Origin: a virus
Taxonomy: Duplodnaviria > Heunggongvirae > Uroviricota > Caudoviricetes
Virus record (IMG/VR): IMGVR_UViG_3300050187_000003
Coordinates: 11,576-75,575 of that record
DNA length: 64,000 nt
Strand: one strand, 5' to 3'
A program made the position numbers and the translations under genes. The notes beneath the pieces were generated by a model that was not told the origin of the DNA, ran no database searches, and saw only the letters and a program-made list of their open reading frames with translations. Positions within the stretch are counted from its first letter, which is position 1. Every line of letters begins with the position of its first letter. Positions 43,825 through 53,440 of the stretch are shown here, in pieces.

Positions 43825-44336
43825 GCCGCTGCTCCTGCCGGCTTGTCGGCGTACCGGCCGTCAACGGTCAGGTACACCCACCGGGACCCGGCCAGCAGCA
43901 CCGCCACCTGCGCCGGGTTGTCGGTCGAGCGGAGAATCCAGCCGCCCTCAGCCCGGTAGGTGCGCGGCCGGGAGTGGACCATCCCGTGACAGCCGGAACT
44001 ACCGGACCCGCACAGCAGGATCAGGTTGGTAGGGGAGTTATTGACCCCATGCGACTTCAGCACCCGATGGTGTACCGACCAGCCGAAGCCGCGACCCGCC
44101 GGCCACAAGATGGTTCCGCAGCGGACACAGCATCCCTGGTCGTGGCCCCACACCAGGCGGACGGTCGCCTCATCCGGGCCGCTGTCAGCCGGCCGGCGCG
44201 ACCGCTTCGACCGGGGCTTTCGGGTCAGCGCCGAGCCGGGGGAAAACGTCGACCACGGCACGGTGCCGTCAGCAGCCAGCCGGGCACGGCGCTTCGGCGA
44301 CATCGCAGCCAGCGACGTCTTACGCAGCAGACTCAC
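43821..44336 (-). CDS. HNH endonuclease
   Basis: CVRCG...HHRVLKSHGVNNSPTNLILLCGSGSSGCHGMVH shows the HNH motifs. Confidence 0.55.
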   Translation of the reverse strand: MSLLRKTSLAAMSPKRRARLAADGTVPWSTFSPGSALTRKPRSKRSRRPADSGPDEATVRLVWGHDQGCCVRCGTILWPAGRGFGWSVHHRVLKSHGVNNSPTNLILLCGSGSSGCHGMVHSRPRTYRAEGGWILRSTDNPAQVAVLLAGSRWVYLTVDGRYADKPAGAAA

Positions 44337-44527
44337 GACCGCTCACCACCGGCCGTGTCACGAACGAACTGGGGCAGGTCGTTGCCGACGACGTCGCGGT
44401 ACGCCTCGGCCATGCCCCGATAGCGGACAGCCGTAGCGACATCGAGTGTTTCCCACGCTTCCCGTGCCAGCCGCTCATAGGTGCGCTGCTTCGCAGTGAT
44501 TTGTGCTGCGAGAGGTGCCAGGTTCAC
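44333..44527 (-). CDS. hypothetical protein (64 aa)
   Basis: ORF, coupled to its neighbours. Confidence 0.25.
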   Translation of the reverse strand: MNLAPLAAQITAKQRTYERLAREAWETLDVATAVRYRGMAEAYRDVVGNDLPQFVRDTAGGERS

Positions 44528-45624
44528 GACGCCACCTGCGTCTTCTTGGCTTCTTCCATCGCGCCCAGGAACCGGCGCATGTCATCCGCCGACGCCTCAT
44601 CCGACGACCTGCCCACCAGTTGGCAGAAGCTCCGCTCCAACTCGGCCTTGTCATCCCACGGCGACTCCGCCAGGATCTGCCCCCACAGGCTGTCCAACTC
44701 GTCGACCACCACCGCGTCCACCGGGGCGACCGGACCAGGCGAGGACGAAGCAGGTTGGGCTGCTCGGATCGCCGCCGCCTTCTGCTCGAACATCACCCGC
44801 AGATCCGCCGGGATCTCCCCACCGTGCGAACCCTTCACCTGCTCGGCCAGCCCATACAGGGCGTTCAAGTTCTTCGCCGCATCGATCAGCGACGGGTAGT
44901 CCACTGCGGCGGCGATCGCCGTCCGGACCTCACCCGCCACCGCCGCGCTATTCCGGGCCGCGATCAGGTCCTGCACCCGGCCGGACATCAACTGCTTCGG
45001 CGTCAACGCATCCACATGCAGCGTCGGCACCGCGAAGTTGAACGTCTTCGCCTCACCGTTGACCTGCCGGGTTACCGTCCGCTGATCCAGCACGAGCCGG
45101 GCCGGGATCGCCCCTTGCGCCATCGCCAACAACTGGGCAACACCAGGCAGCTCGACGGCCGCGTAGTAGGAGCCGGTGTCGACCCGCCACGCGCCCAAGC
45201 CGGGAACGTCTTCCAGCATCACCCGCAGCCGGGTGTGCATCTTGCAGTCCCGCGCCTCCGGGTCACACAGGCACGCCGACTTCGTGATCTTCTCATGCTG
45301 GCCATCGCAGCGCCGCAGACAGCCGCCCTTCGACCACATCTCGTACCACTGGTTGTCGGACGGGTCCTGCGGCGGCACCACCACCGGCACCTCGCTGGTG
45401 TTGGTGATGACCTGCCACTGGCCGGCACCCTTCGGCGGCTGCCACGGCTGGACGGAGCCGCCGTACAACTCGGCGATCCGCTCGATCAGCGCCTTCCGGG
45501 GCGAGGTGAACCGGAGCCGGTCCAACTTGCCCGGCCGGGTCTTGCCGCTCGCCGTCTGAACGAGGACACCGAGCCGGATACGGCCGACCTCGGTCTGCTG
45601 CTGTTGGAGCTGAATGATCGGCAT
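44524..45624 (-). CDS. hypothetical protein, candidate recombination partner (SSAP-like by synteny) of the adjacent exonuclease
   Basis: 366 aa. N-terminal beta-rich region with a Cys cluster (GGCLRRCDGQHEKITKSACLCDPEARDCKMH). Directly downstream of the Cas4-like exonuclease, with start/stop overlap. Function is inferred from position only. Confidence 0.35.
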   Translation of the reverse strand: MPIIQLQQQQTEVGRIRLGVLVQTASGKTRPGKLDRLRFTSPRKALIERIAELYGGSVQPWQPPKGAGQWQVITNTSEVPVVVPPQDPSDNQWYEMWSKGGCLRRCDGQHEKITKSACLCDPEARDCKMHTRLRVMLEDVPGLGAWRVDTGSYYAAVELPGVAQLLAMAQGAIPARLVLDQRTVTRQVNGEAKTFNFAVPTLHVDALTPKQLMSGRVQDLIAARNSAAVAGEVRTAIAAAVDYPSLIDAAKNLNALYGLAEQVKGSHGGEIPADLRVMFEQKAAAIRAAQPASSSPGPVAPVDAVVVDELDSLWGQILAESPWDDKAELERSFCQLVGRSSDEASADDMRRFLGAMEEAKKTQVAS

Positions 45625-46499
45625 CAGGATTCCTTCGGGAGGTTCACGGGACGGGACAGGACAGTCCCGAGAGGAGAGGTCAGGCCCTCAACGACACGAA
45701 GCATGTGGACAAACTTGGCGTGGTTCTCCGGGGTCAGATGCACCTCACGCATCTGCACCTTGTCCGGCCGGACGTGCAGAATCAGGCCGGCCTGCACCGG
45801 CGGCATCGGCAACTCCGACCCGTCCGGCAGCAACACTGCGTCGGCGCCCGCGTAGGCGTTGACCTGCCAGCCCTCCGAGTGGGCGAGGTGCTTGCCGGAC
45901 TTGATGTCGTCCACCACCGCCAGCCCGGCGAGGTGCTTCAGCTTCGGCGGCAGCGGCGAGTCGTCGGGGAACCGCAGGATGCCGTCGAGCGTGCCGGCGT
46001 ACCCCCACTTACGGGAGATCACCGTCATCTCGGCTGCCTCGAACTGCGGCCGGTACAGGCGACGCCACCGCCGGTACCGGGCAACGTAGGGGGCGATGTC
46101 GTCATCGACGTGGAAGCCTTCGCCGAACAGTTCCATCTGCTCGGCGGCGTCGTGGATACGGCGGCCACGGTCACCGGCGTCGTCACGAACCTGGTTGTGC
46201 TGGTTCGCCAGCCAGTACACGGCGCAGTCGGGGCACTGCCCGCAGGCGTTGTCGGTGCGGGTGGCGTTGCACGGCAGGTTACGGGAGCAGCGGTTCAGCC
46301 ACGGCAACCGATCGACGGCGGCCTGGGCAGCGAGTCGCGCGGACCAGTCGGGTAGCCCGAACTTGGCGATGTAGCCGAGGACGGTGGTGACGGAGATGAA
46401 CCGTTCGCCGGTGACGGGGTGGATGTAGTAGCGGGAGCCGGTGTGCGGGTCGGTTTCGGCGTTGGCCGGACCGGCGGGTTTCTCGGCGGTGACTGTCAT
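45624..46499 (-). CDS. PD-(D/E)XK exonuclease, Cas4/RecB-like with 4-Cys cluster
   Basis: ...CSRNLPCNATRTDNACGQCPDC... plus PDDEXK-like core (...VVDDIKSGK...). Internal start MTVTAEKPAGPAN... Confidence 0.5.
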   Translation of the reverse strand: MTVTAEKPAGPANAETDPHTGSRYYIHPVTGERFISVTTVLGYIAKFGLPDWSARLAAQAAVDRLPWLNRCSRNLPCNATRTDNACGQCPDCAVYWLANQHNQVRDDAGDRGRRIHDAAEQMELFGEGFHVDDDIAPYVARYRRWRRLYRPQFEAAEMTVISRKWGYAGTLDGILRFPDDSPLPPKLKHLAGLAVVDDIKSGKHLAHSEGWQVNAYAGADAVLLPDGSELPMPPVQAGLILHVRPDKVQMREVHLTPENHAKFVHMLRVVEGLTSPLGTVLSRPVNLPKES

Positions 46500-46657
46500 C
46501 GGCTTCCCGCCTGCCTTTCGTTGCTGTTGTCGCTGGGCTTCTTGCTGTGGCAGTCGCATGCGTTCAGGTCGCGGGCGCAGCCGACGCACACCTGCTTGTG
46601 GCCGTTGCGGATGCGGGCCGCATTCACAAGTTGCGGGTAGTCGCCGATGTCGGTCAC
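46496..46657 (-). CDS. possible small Cys-rich ORF (53 aa)
   Basis: GTG start. VTDIGDYPQLVNAARIRNGHKQVCVGCARDLNACDCHSKK... The stop overlaps the exonuclease ATG. Confidence 0.2.
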   Translation of the reverse strand: MTDIGDYPQLVNAARIRNGHKQVCVGCARDLNACDCHSKKPSDNSNERQAGSR

Positions 46658-46949
46658 CGGGCACCGCCCGTCTTCGCCCGCACGTGCGCCTCACCAGCCG
46701 CCTGGGCGTGTCCGGCAGACAGCAGGCCGGCGCGGCGGGCACGCCGGACAGCGATCCGCCAACGCGGGTGGCCTTCCGACACCCACACCCGGTAGTCGGC
46801 CACGAAGTCGGCGTCGGACCTGGTCAACCTGGGGTGGTCGATGTGGATGCCGTGTGCCCGTGCCCGCTCGTAGCAGGCGGTGCACCGCAGGCGTGCCCGA
46901 TGCCGGCGGTCAGGGTGACAGGCCGGACGGCGGCGGCTCAGGACCGCGC

Positions 46950-47384
46950 TCACAGCAGCCACCTCGCGTCGTCGCCGCCGTAGCCGCGCCGCACCGGACG
47001 GTCGCCGTCGTTGAGGTCCAGGCCCGCAGCCGCTTGGGCGACCCACGACGTGTCGAACGGATACGGATCGGTAGTCACCACTCCCAACGCCTTCGCCAAC
47101 CGCAGCAACCCGGCAATACCGTGCTGCCTGAGCCAGCCCACGTCCAAAGTCACTGACGCGTCGTCTCGACCAACCTCGGCCTCGTACAGAACATGGCCTG
47201 ACAACGTGGTCGGCGAGTCCATCCACGCCTTGATGACCTCGTTACCGCGCGTCCACTCGTGTACCCGCAAGAGGTCGCCGTCGCAGCCGCAACTGCATCC
47301 CTCCTGATGCCAGCGGGTTGTGTGTCGCCACCCGCTGACACGAAGGCTCTGCATCAGCCTGCGGATTTGCGTCGGGGAGATCAT
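46950..47384 (-). CDS. hypothetical protein (144 aa)
   Basis: Internal start MISPTQIRRLMQSLRVSGW... Confidence 0.35.
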   Translation of the reverse strand: MISPTQIRRLMQSLRVSGWRHTTRWHQEGCSCGCDGDLLRVHEWTRGNEVIKAWMDSPTTLSGHVLYEAEVGRDDASVTLDVGWLRQHGIAGLLRLAKALGVVTTDPYPFDTSWVAQAAAGLDLNDGDRPVRRGYGGDDARWLL

Positions 47385-47710
47385 CGGCCGCCATCCTGCG
47401 ATCCGCGCTGGACGCGTGCCCCGATCTCGCAGCACGGTTCGTCGGGTTCGTCCGCGCATTCGGCACAGCAGTCGAGGTCTTCCTTCGGCTCACCGGCCAG
47501 GTACGACAGCACCGCCTGCGCCATGACCTGCATACCGGCGTTGTAGCCCTTGCCGTGCTCCGACAGGCCAGGGCCTTGGAAGATCGGCGGGGGACCGGAC
47601 GCGTAGCTGTTGCACAGCCGGACCACGTGGCGAAGCGCGTCACGCATCTGCTCGGCGGTCATCTGGTTGACCTGCTCCGGGCTCACCGCGCCCAGCTCGG
47701 CGGCGCTCAC
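47381..47710 (-). CDS. hypothetical protein (109 aa)
   Basis: ORF with a C-terminal acidic Cys cluster DCCAECADEPDEPCCE. Confidence 0.3.
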   Translation of the reverse strand: MSAAELGAVSPEQVNQMTAEQMRDALRHVVRLCNSYASGPPPIFQGPGLSEHGKGYNAGMQVMAQAVLSYLAGEPKEDLDCCAECADEPDEPCCEIGARVQRGSQDGGR

Positions 47711-48051
47711 CTGGTCACCGCCGGCCGGTCGGTCAGCGCGGTGCGCACCGCGCTGAGGATCAGCCCGGAGAGGGCGTCACGGTCCGCCGGGTCCGGCAGT
47801 CGCTGCACCACGTCGAGCAGCAGGTGCAGCGACACCACCGACGCGGCGGCACCATCGCCAAGCGAGCAGGCCAGCGACAGGGCAATCCACTGCTGGACAG
47901 GGAGGTCGCGGGCCGCACCGGCGGCCAGGTCCATGTGCAGGCCGCGCCAGTCGACGGCGGCCACCGCGTCGACGGTGTCAATCAGGGAGGCGACGTCGGC
48001 TTCGCGCATGTAGCGGCCCGGCTTGGGGACGGTGTAGCTCACAAGCACCAC
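47707..48051 (-). CDS. hypothetical protein (114 aa)
   Basis: First gene of a leftward operon, next to the divergent control region. Confidence 0.3.
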   Translation of the reverse strand: MVLVSYTVPKPGRYMREADVASLIDTVDAVAAVDWRGLHMDLAAGAARDLPVQQWIALSLACSLGDGAAASVVSLHLLLDVVQRLPDPADRDALSGLILSAVRTALTDRPAVTR

Positions 48052-48142
48052 CTTACGAAATGATCTTCCGAATTTGACTTACGGAACAAGCTTACGATCC
48101 CGGAAGGGATTTCCGCAACAAACTTCCGGTACCCTCTTCGCC
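48052..48142. promoter_or_regulatory. divergent lower-GC control region with repeated TTCCG/CGGAA half-sites
   Basis: Seen directly: TTCCGAATTTGACTTACGGAA and CGGAAGGGATTTCCG inverted repeats. Confidence 0.4.
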
Positions 48143-48415
48143 ATGACCGAGCGAGACGACCCGCTGACCGAACTCGCCGAAGCCTCCACCCGCTTCCGCG
48201 AACTCGACGCGGCACGCAACGCCGCCCACCAGCAGGTCATCTCCGCCGCGCTCAACGCACTCCGACAAGGCCACCAAGCCGGCGACGTCTACCGGCTCGT
48301 GCCCTTCACCAGCACCCACATCCGTGCGATCGCCAGACTGGAAGGCATCCCCGCCAGCCGACCAGGGAAGCGGTCGACCAAACGCAAACCGCCCCCGCCT
48401 AGCGACAACGCCTGA
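48143..48415 (+). CDS. hypothetical plus-strand protein (90 aa), likely lysogeny-expressed/regulatory
   Basis: MTERDDPLTELAEASTRFRELDAARNAAHQQVISAALNALRQ... One of only a few plus-strand genes in the prophage. Preceded by the operator-like repeats. Confidence 0.35.
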   Translation: MTERDDPLTELAEASTRFRELDAARNAAHQQVISAALNALRQGHQAGDVYRLVPFTSTHIRAIARLEGIPASRPGKRSTKRKPPPPSDNA

Positions 48416-48423
48416 CCGGCCCG

Positions 48424-48840
48424 TCACGAAGCCTCGGCCCATTCGGCGAACCACGCCTCCAACGGCACCCGCCGGGCCTCACCAGCACCCGGCACCCGCT
48501 CATCACCCAGGTCGCACGTGCACGCGCAGTAGCCCTCCGGGCTGGTCGGCGGCAAATCCAGCAGCATGATCCGCAGCCCAGCATCAAGCGACCGGCAAAA
48601 CCGGTGCCCACCCCGACGACACCAGCCACACAACACCGCCACCCCCGCCGGCACGTCGACCAGGCCGGCGTCCTCAACGCACAGCGGACACGTCGCATTC
48701 GGCGGCCCGAACGTCAGCCGCCACGCGCACGCGTTGCACACCCGCAGCAACTGGTCATGGCCGCGCTCACACGCCAGATCGACGACGACCACACCGGATG
48801 GGTGCCCACCGTCGACATCGCACGGCTCAGCCACGGCCAC
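48424..48840 (-). CDS. Cys-rich zinc-finger-like protein (138 aa)
   Basis: CERGHDQLLRVCNACAW...CPLC...CGWC...CACTCDLGD. Confidence 0.35.
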   Translation of the reverse strand: MAVAEPCDVDGGHPSGVVVVDLACERGHDQLLRVCNACAWRLTFGPPNATCPLCVEDAGLVDVPAGVAVLCGWCRRGGHRFCRSLDAGLRIMLLDLPPTSPEGYCACTCDLGDERVPGAGEARRVPLEAWFAEWAEAS

Positions 48841-49370
48841 CGCCGACTGGACGTACCCGGCGCGGCTCGAACCGTCGCCATGCCAGCCCCTGCACTTGGC
48901 CGTGCTCGTCTACACCGATCTCGTAGGTGTCGAGCCACACCGCGAACCACGGCCCCACCGGACGACCCCGCACCCCGCCGCCTTCGGTGTCAACCCAGCC
49001 GGCACACCCACAGTCAGCCACGTTGCAGGACTGCTCGATGTGCCGGTCCGGCGCCCGCAACCCGGTGCGCTCCCCGGCAACCACCGGACACGCCTTGGCC
49101 GAGTAGGCGGCGCACTCCGGATGCAGAGCTGCCTCCGCCGTGTACCGCTCCTCCACCTGCACCGCCGTGGCCAGCACCACCACCGGGCGTCCCAACTTTT
49201 GGCCGCATATCTGGCACAACCCGTCGGTTATGCAGCGCAACGCCTTCGACCGAGGAACGGCACCGAACACAGGGCGGCAGTCGGCGAGGGTGACCGACAC
49301 GTGGGGGACAACCCGCCCGCCGACGAGTGGCCGGTGGGCGCAGCGGGCGGGCACGGCAAGGTCAGCCACG
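48827..49370 (-). CDS. hypothetical Cys-rich protein (start uncertain)
   Basis: The C-terminal 170 aa of ORF 48827..49531 are protein-like (...LCQICGQKLGRPVVVLATAVQVEERYTAEAALHPECAAYSAKACP...). Confidence 0.25.
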
Positions 49371-49643
49371 GCGCACCTGCCGCTGCCGGGGGATGACCGC
49401 GGTCGGCATGTCCCCGCGCCGCACGACCCGCGTGAAGTCCGGGTCCACGTACGACGGCGTCTGCCACACCCCGCCCGGCGACGCGTGGCCCGTCTCGAAA
49501 CGCACCACCCGGCGGGCGCGGACCAAACCACGAGGACGCCGACGCCGCTGCCACGACCCGGCCAGCAGCCCGCCAGCCACCCCGATCAACGCCGACCCAG
49601 CCAGGAACGACTCCAACGGAAAAGCCACCATCAACGTCAACAT
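49362..49643 (-). CDS. small membrane protein
   Basis: MLTLMVAFPLESFLAGSALIGVAGGLLAGSW... Confidence 0.25.
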   Translation of the reverse strand: MLTLMVAFPLESFLAGSALIGVAGGLLAGSWQRRRRPRGLVRARRVVRFETGHASPGGVWQTPSYVDPDFTRVVRRGDMPTAVIPRQRQVRRG

Positions 49644-49969
49644 CAGCGGTCGCCCGCCCCGACGCGCATGACAACCGTCTCCGACGGATCCTCAGCCCGA
49701 CCAACACCATGCCCACACAACGTTCCTGTCGCGTGCGGGCGCGGACGGCGTACCCGAACCGGCAACTCCACCGTCACCGCCGCTTCCGGTTCCGGCACCA
49801 ACTGCGGCGGCAACGCCGCCCCGGCGAGCCTCCCCGTCACCGCAATCACAACAGCGCCGGCAGCCAACCCGCCAAGCATCGACCACGTCAACAGATAGCC
49901 GACCAGCTGCGGCAACCCCCACCCAGACCACCACAGAACAGTCGCCAAAGACGACCCCCAGCCGATCAC
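49643..49969 (-). CDS. membrane protein (2 TM)
   Basis: WGSSLATVLWWSGWGLPQLVGYLLTWSMLGGLAAGAVVIAV... Confidence 0.3.
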   Translation of the reverse strand: MIGWGSSLATVLWWSGWGLPQLVGYLLTWSMLGGLAAGAVVIAVTGRLAGAALPPQLVPEPEAAVTVELPVRVRRPRPHATGTLCGHGVGRAEDPSETVVMRVGAGDR

Positions 49970-50379
49970 ACCTGCACCCCGTCCCCGTTGATTGCCGTCT
50001 CATACGGCCGCGTGTGAGCCCGAAACCGGGCAGCCAAATCCGGCGGCAACCCGCCGAGCAGTTCATCCACCGCCCGCAACCGGGCCACCGCACGGTTGCC
50101 GTAACGGCGCTCCACCTCCAACACCCGCCGCTCATCAGCGAGGCGCAACCGAAACGCCTCATCGGCGGCAGCCAACTCGGCCCGCAGCCGAACCGTTTCG
50201 GCACGCCATTCCGCGTTCAACTTGGTGATCTGCCCCCGCAGCCGGTCCGCCTGGGCGTCCACCTCACGGGACTGCCCGCGTTCGAACATCAACTGGGCTC
50301 GCAGCCCGATCACCAAGTCGACCAGCGATCCCTGTCGTGACAGCCACAGCTTGGTGCGCTCCCACCACGACACGCTCAT
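49966..50379 (-). CDS. coiled-coil protein (137 aa)
   Basis: Helical heptad-like sequence with Arg/Glu/Leu/Ala richness. Confidence 0.35.
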   Translation of the reverse strand: MSVSWWERTKLWLSRQGSLVDLVIGLRAQLMFERGQSREVDAQADRLRGQITKLNAEWRAETVRLRAELAAADEAFRLRLADERRVLEVERRYGNRAVARLRAVDELLGGLPPDLAARFRAHTRPYETAINGDGVQV

Positions 50380-50900
50380 ACCGCACGCCGTTCGACCCGA
50401 TGCCGCCCCGACGTCGACCAGGTGTTCGCCAGCTGCGGCACCCGGCGGTGCTGGGCGATCCGCCGTCCATGTAGCCGCGAATCCGCATCCGGACAGCAGA
50501 CCGTGACAGTCGTCGGGGTTGGACGGCGGATCGCCCCGTCCGCCCAGCCCCCAGCCTGGGATTCGGGGTGCGGCAGCAGCCGGTTAGCGGCATCGACCTG
50601 CTCATGCCACACCAACACGGTGTCCGCCACCGGTTTCACCGCGGCGATCACCGCCGTGTCGTGGGCATCCACAGCAGACCTCTGGGATGCCGTGGACTTC
50701 GCTTCGAGCCCGCTACCACGGGTAGTCCAGTAGCGGCGCATCGCCAGTTGGCGGGCCCCGCCGGGCCGCGGCGTCGACATCCGCCGGGGGTCGACGTTGA
50801 CGCCGAGCATCTGCCACAGTGCGCTGATGACGATCGCCGCGATAGCGGCGACAACAGCACCCCACCCCCAGCCGATGATGGTGTCCTCAAGCCCGGTCAC
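50376..50900 (-). CDS. membrane protein (GTG start)
   Basis: VTGLEDTIIGWGWGAVVAAIAAIVISALWQML... Confidence 0.35.
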   Translation of the reverse strand: MTGLEDTIIGWGWGAVVAAIAAIVISALWQMLGVNVDPRRMSTPRPGGARQLAMRRYWTTRGSGLEAKSTASQRSAVDAHDTAVIAAVKPVADTVLVWHEQVDAANRLLPHPESQAGGWADGAIRRPTPTTVTVCCPDADSRLHGRRIAQHRRVPQLANTWSTSGRHRVERRAV

Positions 50901-51054
50901 CGGGTTGCCTCGGCCCGCTGCCCGAAGACATCGTCTGGGATGGCCGGATGGGCGAGCCGGGCTTTGCGTGTGCACACCGCACTGGCCGGACTTCGCCGGG
51001 GGCCGCGCCCCACATCTGAGCCCACCACCAAATCCGTAAACATCAATCAACCTC

Positions 51055-51276
51055 CTAAAAGGGACCCCGGGCCGGGTCCGGGCGACGCCGAAACCTCACG
51101 GGAGTCGGCAAAGAAACCGGGGCCGCCGGATCGGCGACCGTGCCCGTGGCGGCGTACCGCCACACATCAAGGCAGCCGACACGACCATCGACATGAACCC
51201 AGCCGTCAGAAGCACGAGTCGCCGACCGTCCACAATGGCGACATACGTCGATCACCGGCCGCATCAGGCAGCCCAC
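51055..51276 (-). CDS. possible small zinc-ribbon protein
   Basis: CRHCG...C motif. Weak. Confidence 0.2.
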   Translation of the reverse strand: MGCLMRPVIDVCRHCGRSATRASDGWVHVDGRVGCLDVWRYAATGTVADPAAPVSLPTPVRFRRRPDPARGPF

Positions 51277-52208
51277 CCATCCAGCAGAGACAACTGCCCG
51301 ATCTCGCCAAGCCCCCGGGACAACGACGACGCCTGCGTGGACAACGCCTGCTCACGCCACGTCAACGCCCAACGGAAACAGTTCCGACAGTCCGTCTCCC
51401 GGCGCAGCCCTGTCACCGGGTGCGGCCTTGACAGATGCCGGCAGCCCGGACGCATCACCTGCTCATCGCGGGCAACCTTCGACCAGGCTTGGCTGTCCGC
51501 GGTGGACAGCAGATGCCCGGCAACCCGCAGCGCGTTGATAGACACGCCGAAACCGTGCAGTCGCATTCCCAAACCGAGTTCGGCGATGGTGCCCAACACA
51601 CGGGCCACCCCCGTCTGCGAACCACGCCGGCACACCGACCCGACGCCGACCCGCAATCCGGCCAGGTCGACCCCGTTCTGCCGGTACATGTCGACGTGGG
51701 CGACGTACTCCCACGGATGCCAGCCCTGCAAGGTGGGCAGCCAGTTGATGAACGGAAACTCCTCGGCCAGATAGCAGTAGTTCTCGACCGTCAACTCCTG
51801 GTGCTCCCGAACCGTTTTCCCGGTGCGGGCGAGGACCTGCGGCTCACACGGCCAGTCCTGGATGCCAACAAAGTCGGGCATCAACTCCCGCGAGCTGTGG
51901 CCGACCGCCTCGGTGAAGTCGACCCACATCGACCCGTAGTCGTCGGGCCACCGCCTCCACGGGTGATCCCGCCGGCCGTTGCTCAGCATGAGAGCGGCGT
52001 ACGAGTCGCCAGCCCACGGGGTGCCGAACGTCTGCACGGGCCAGTCGTCGCCCTGCCCCTCGTAGACGCTCCTGTATTTAGCCAGGGTGGTGGCGGAGAT
52101 GAACAGCGGCACGGGGGAGTCGCGCAGGTGATGCGGATGCCCGACGCCCAGGTAGAAGCCGAACCGGCACGGACGTCCCGGCTGGGCAGGCGAACACTCC
52201 CTGCTCAT
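51264..52208 (-). CDS. tRNA-guanine transglycosylase (TGT)-superfamily protein, DpdA-like candidate
   Basis: FGFYLGVGHP...PLFISATTL...LHGFGV... plus a C-terminal Cys/His cluster (PGCRH...DCRNC) resembling the TGT zinc site. Confidence 0.4.
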   Translation of the reverse strand: MSRECSPAQPGRPCRFGFYLGVGHPHHLRDSPVPLFISATTLAKYRSVYEGQGDDWPVQTFGTPWAGDSYAALMLSNGRRDHPWRRWPDDYGSMWVDFTEAVGHSSRELMPDFVGIQDWPCEPQVLARTGKTVREHQELTVENYCYLAEEFPFINWLPTLQGWHPWEYVAHVDMYRQNGVDLAGLRVGVGSVCRRGSQTGVARVLGTIAELGLGMRLHGFGVSINALRVAGHLLSTADSQAWSKVARDEQVMRPGCRHLSRPHPVTGLRRETDCRNCFRWALTWREQALSTQASSLSRGLGEIGQLSLLDGWAA

Positions 52209-52474
52209 GTCGGCATCCCGAATGTTCCGGCAAGGCAGAACACCGCTAGCCCGAACACCAGTAGTCCCACGACGAGCAGCGCCGTAGCCCGGACCCGGAC
52301 CCACGTCGACTTCACGTTCACGTCAGACGGCCGACGGGGCAGGCGAATCATGAGCCCGCCTTCGCGGGGGTCTCCGAGGCTGCGCAGTCGGCGTGCGCCA
52401 GCCCGAGCAACTGGCCGGTCAACCAGACAGACGGCTGCCCGAACAGCAGTGGCACCCCGCAGCCTCGTTTGCAC
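52205..52474 (-). CDS. small membrane protein
   Basis: C-terminal ATALLVVGLLVFGLAVFCLAG. Confidence 0.25.
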   Translation of the reverse strand: MQTRLRGATAVRAAVCLVDRPVARAGARRLRSLGDPREGGLMIRLPRRPSDVNVKSTWVRVRATALLVVGLLVFGLAVFCLAGTFGMPT

Positions 52475-52737
52475 ACTGCCCGAACCTGATCGGCCTTAGG
52501 CATCCTGCCTTTCCCGCCGCTCACATCCAGACGCGGCAGCGGACTCACCGGACACCGCCCGGCACCGCAGAAAACCGTATCCCCCAGTACGCGATGTCGG
52601 TCCAGCACGGCAGAATTCGGGGTCCGCGCGGACCGTTCGGGAACGTCGGCGGAGGAAACGTCGGGCGTGTCGGCCCGGGCCGCGGCTGCCGATCACTCTC
52701 ACGAGGCGGCGTATCCGCCGATCGGCTAGCATTCAGG

Positions 52738-53259
52738 TCAGTCAAAGGGGACTCCTTGAGGTCTCAGGTGCCCGCCGGGATCCGACCCCCGGCGGGCACC
52801 ACTCGTTACTCGTTTCCGGGGGGAGAAAGCTGTCGCCGTCCCGGCCGGTACGGCGGTACCGGCCGGGACTTTGCGCCCCGCGGTGAGGTTGGCGGTGGCT
52901 AGCCGGGCGTCGGCCTCACCTGCACAGTCCAGCGGGTGGCATGTGGTGGGGAAGGCGGATGCGGGGGTGCGGCTCGACGTGTCCTGCACATCCCCCTGCG
53001 TCCCGGCCGCCGCTGATTGCGGGATCACACGCTCCGTCAGGGACGGGATCACCGCGGCGGCCGGGACGTTGAGGTCTGCCGACGCCGGGCGTACGGGGGC
53101 CACGCCGGCAGACGACTGGGGTAGTGCGGCGGGAAACGCCGCGGCGGAGGGCCGGTCGGGTACCCAGGTCGGGAACGGCCCACCCCAGTCGATGATCCAT
53201 CCGGCGGACTTCATGGGTTCGGCGCCGCCGGCGGCGGTGATCTGGGCGTGGGGATGCAT
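52738..53259 (-). CDS. hypothetical low-complexity protein
   Basis: ORF only. Ala/Pro-rich. Confidence 0.25.
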   Translation of the reverse strand: MHPHAQITAAGGAEPMKSAGWIIDWGGPFPTWVPDRPSAAAFPAALPQSSAGVAPVRPASADLNVPAAAVIPSLTERVIPQSAAAGTQGDVQDTSSRTPASAFPTTCHPLDCAGEADARLATANLTAGRKVPAGTAVPAGTATAFSPRKRVTSGARRGSDPGGHLRPQGVPFD

Positions 53260-53440
53260 CAGGCGGCCCGTCGGTACGTGGCCGGCCGGGCTGTCGTGAG
53301 GTGCTTGACAGACGCCAGCGGTAGGTGCTCTGGATCCTCAGCGGTCGACGCCAGCCACCGAAGGTGCTCGACCGTCTCGTGGGTGAGCGCAGGCGCGTAC
53401 GCCACGGCCAGGTTCAGCAGATTCTGGTCGGCGGGACTCA

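Noticed and set aside
46654-47226. 190-aa ORF whose stop overlaps the GTG of the small Cys ORF.
   Set aside because: No internal Met. The translation is Arg-rich. Codon-position GC is not decisive. It overlaps the better-supported gene 46950..47384 in another frame.
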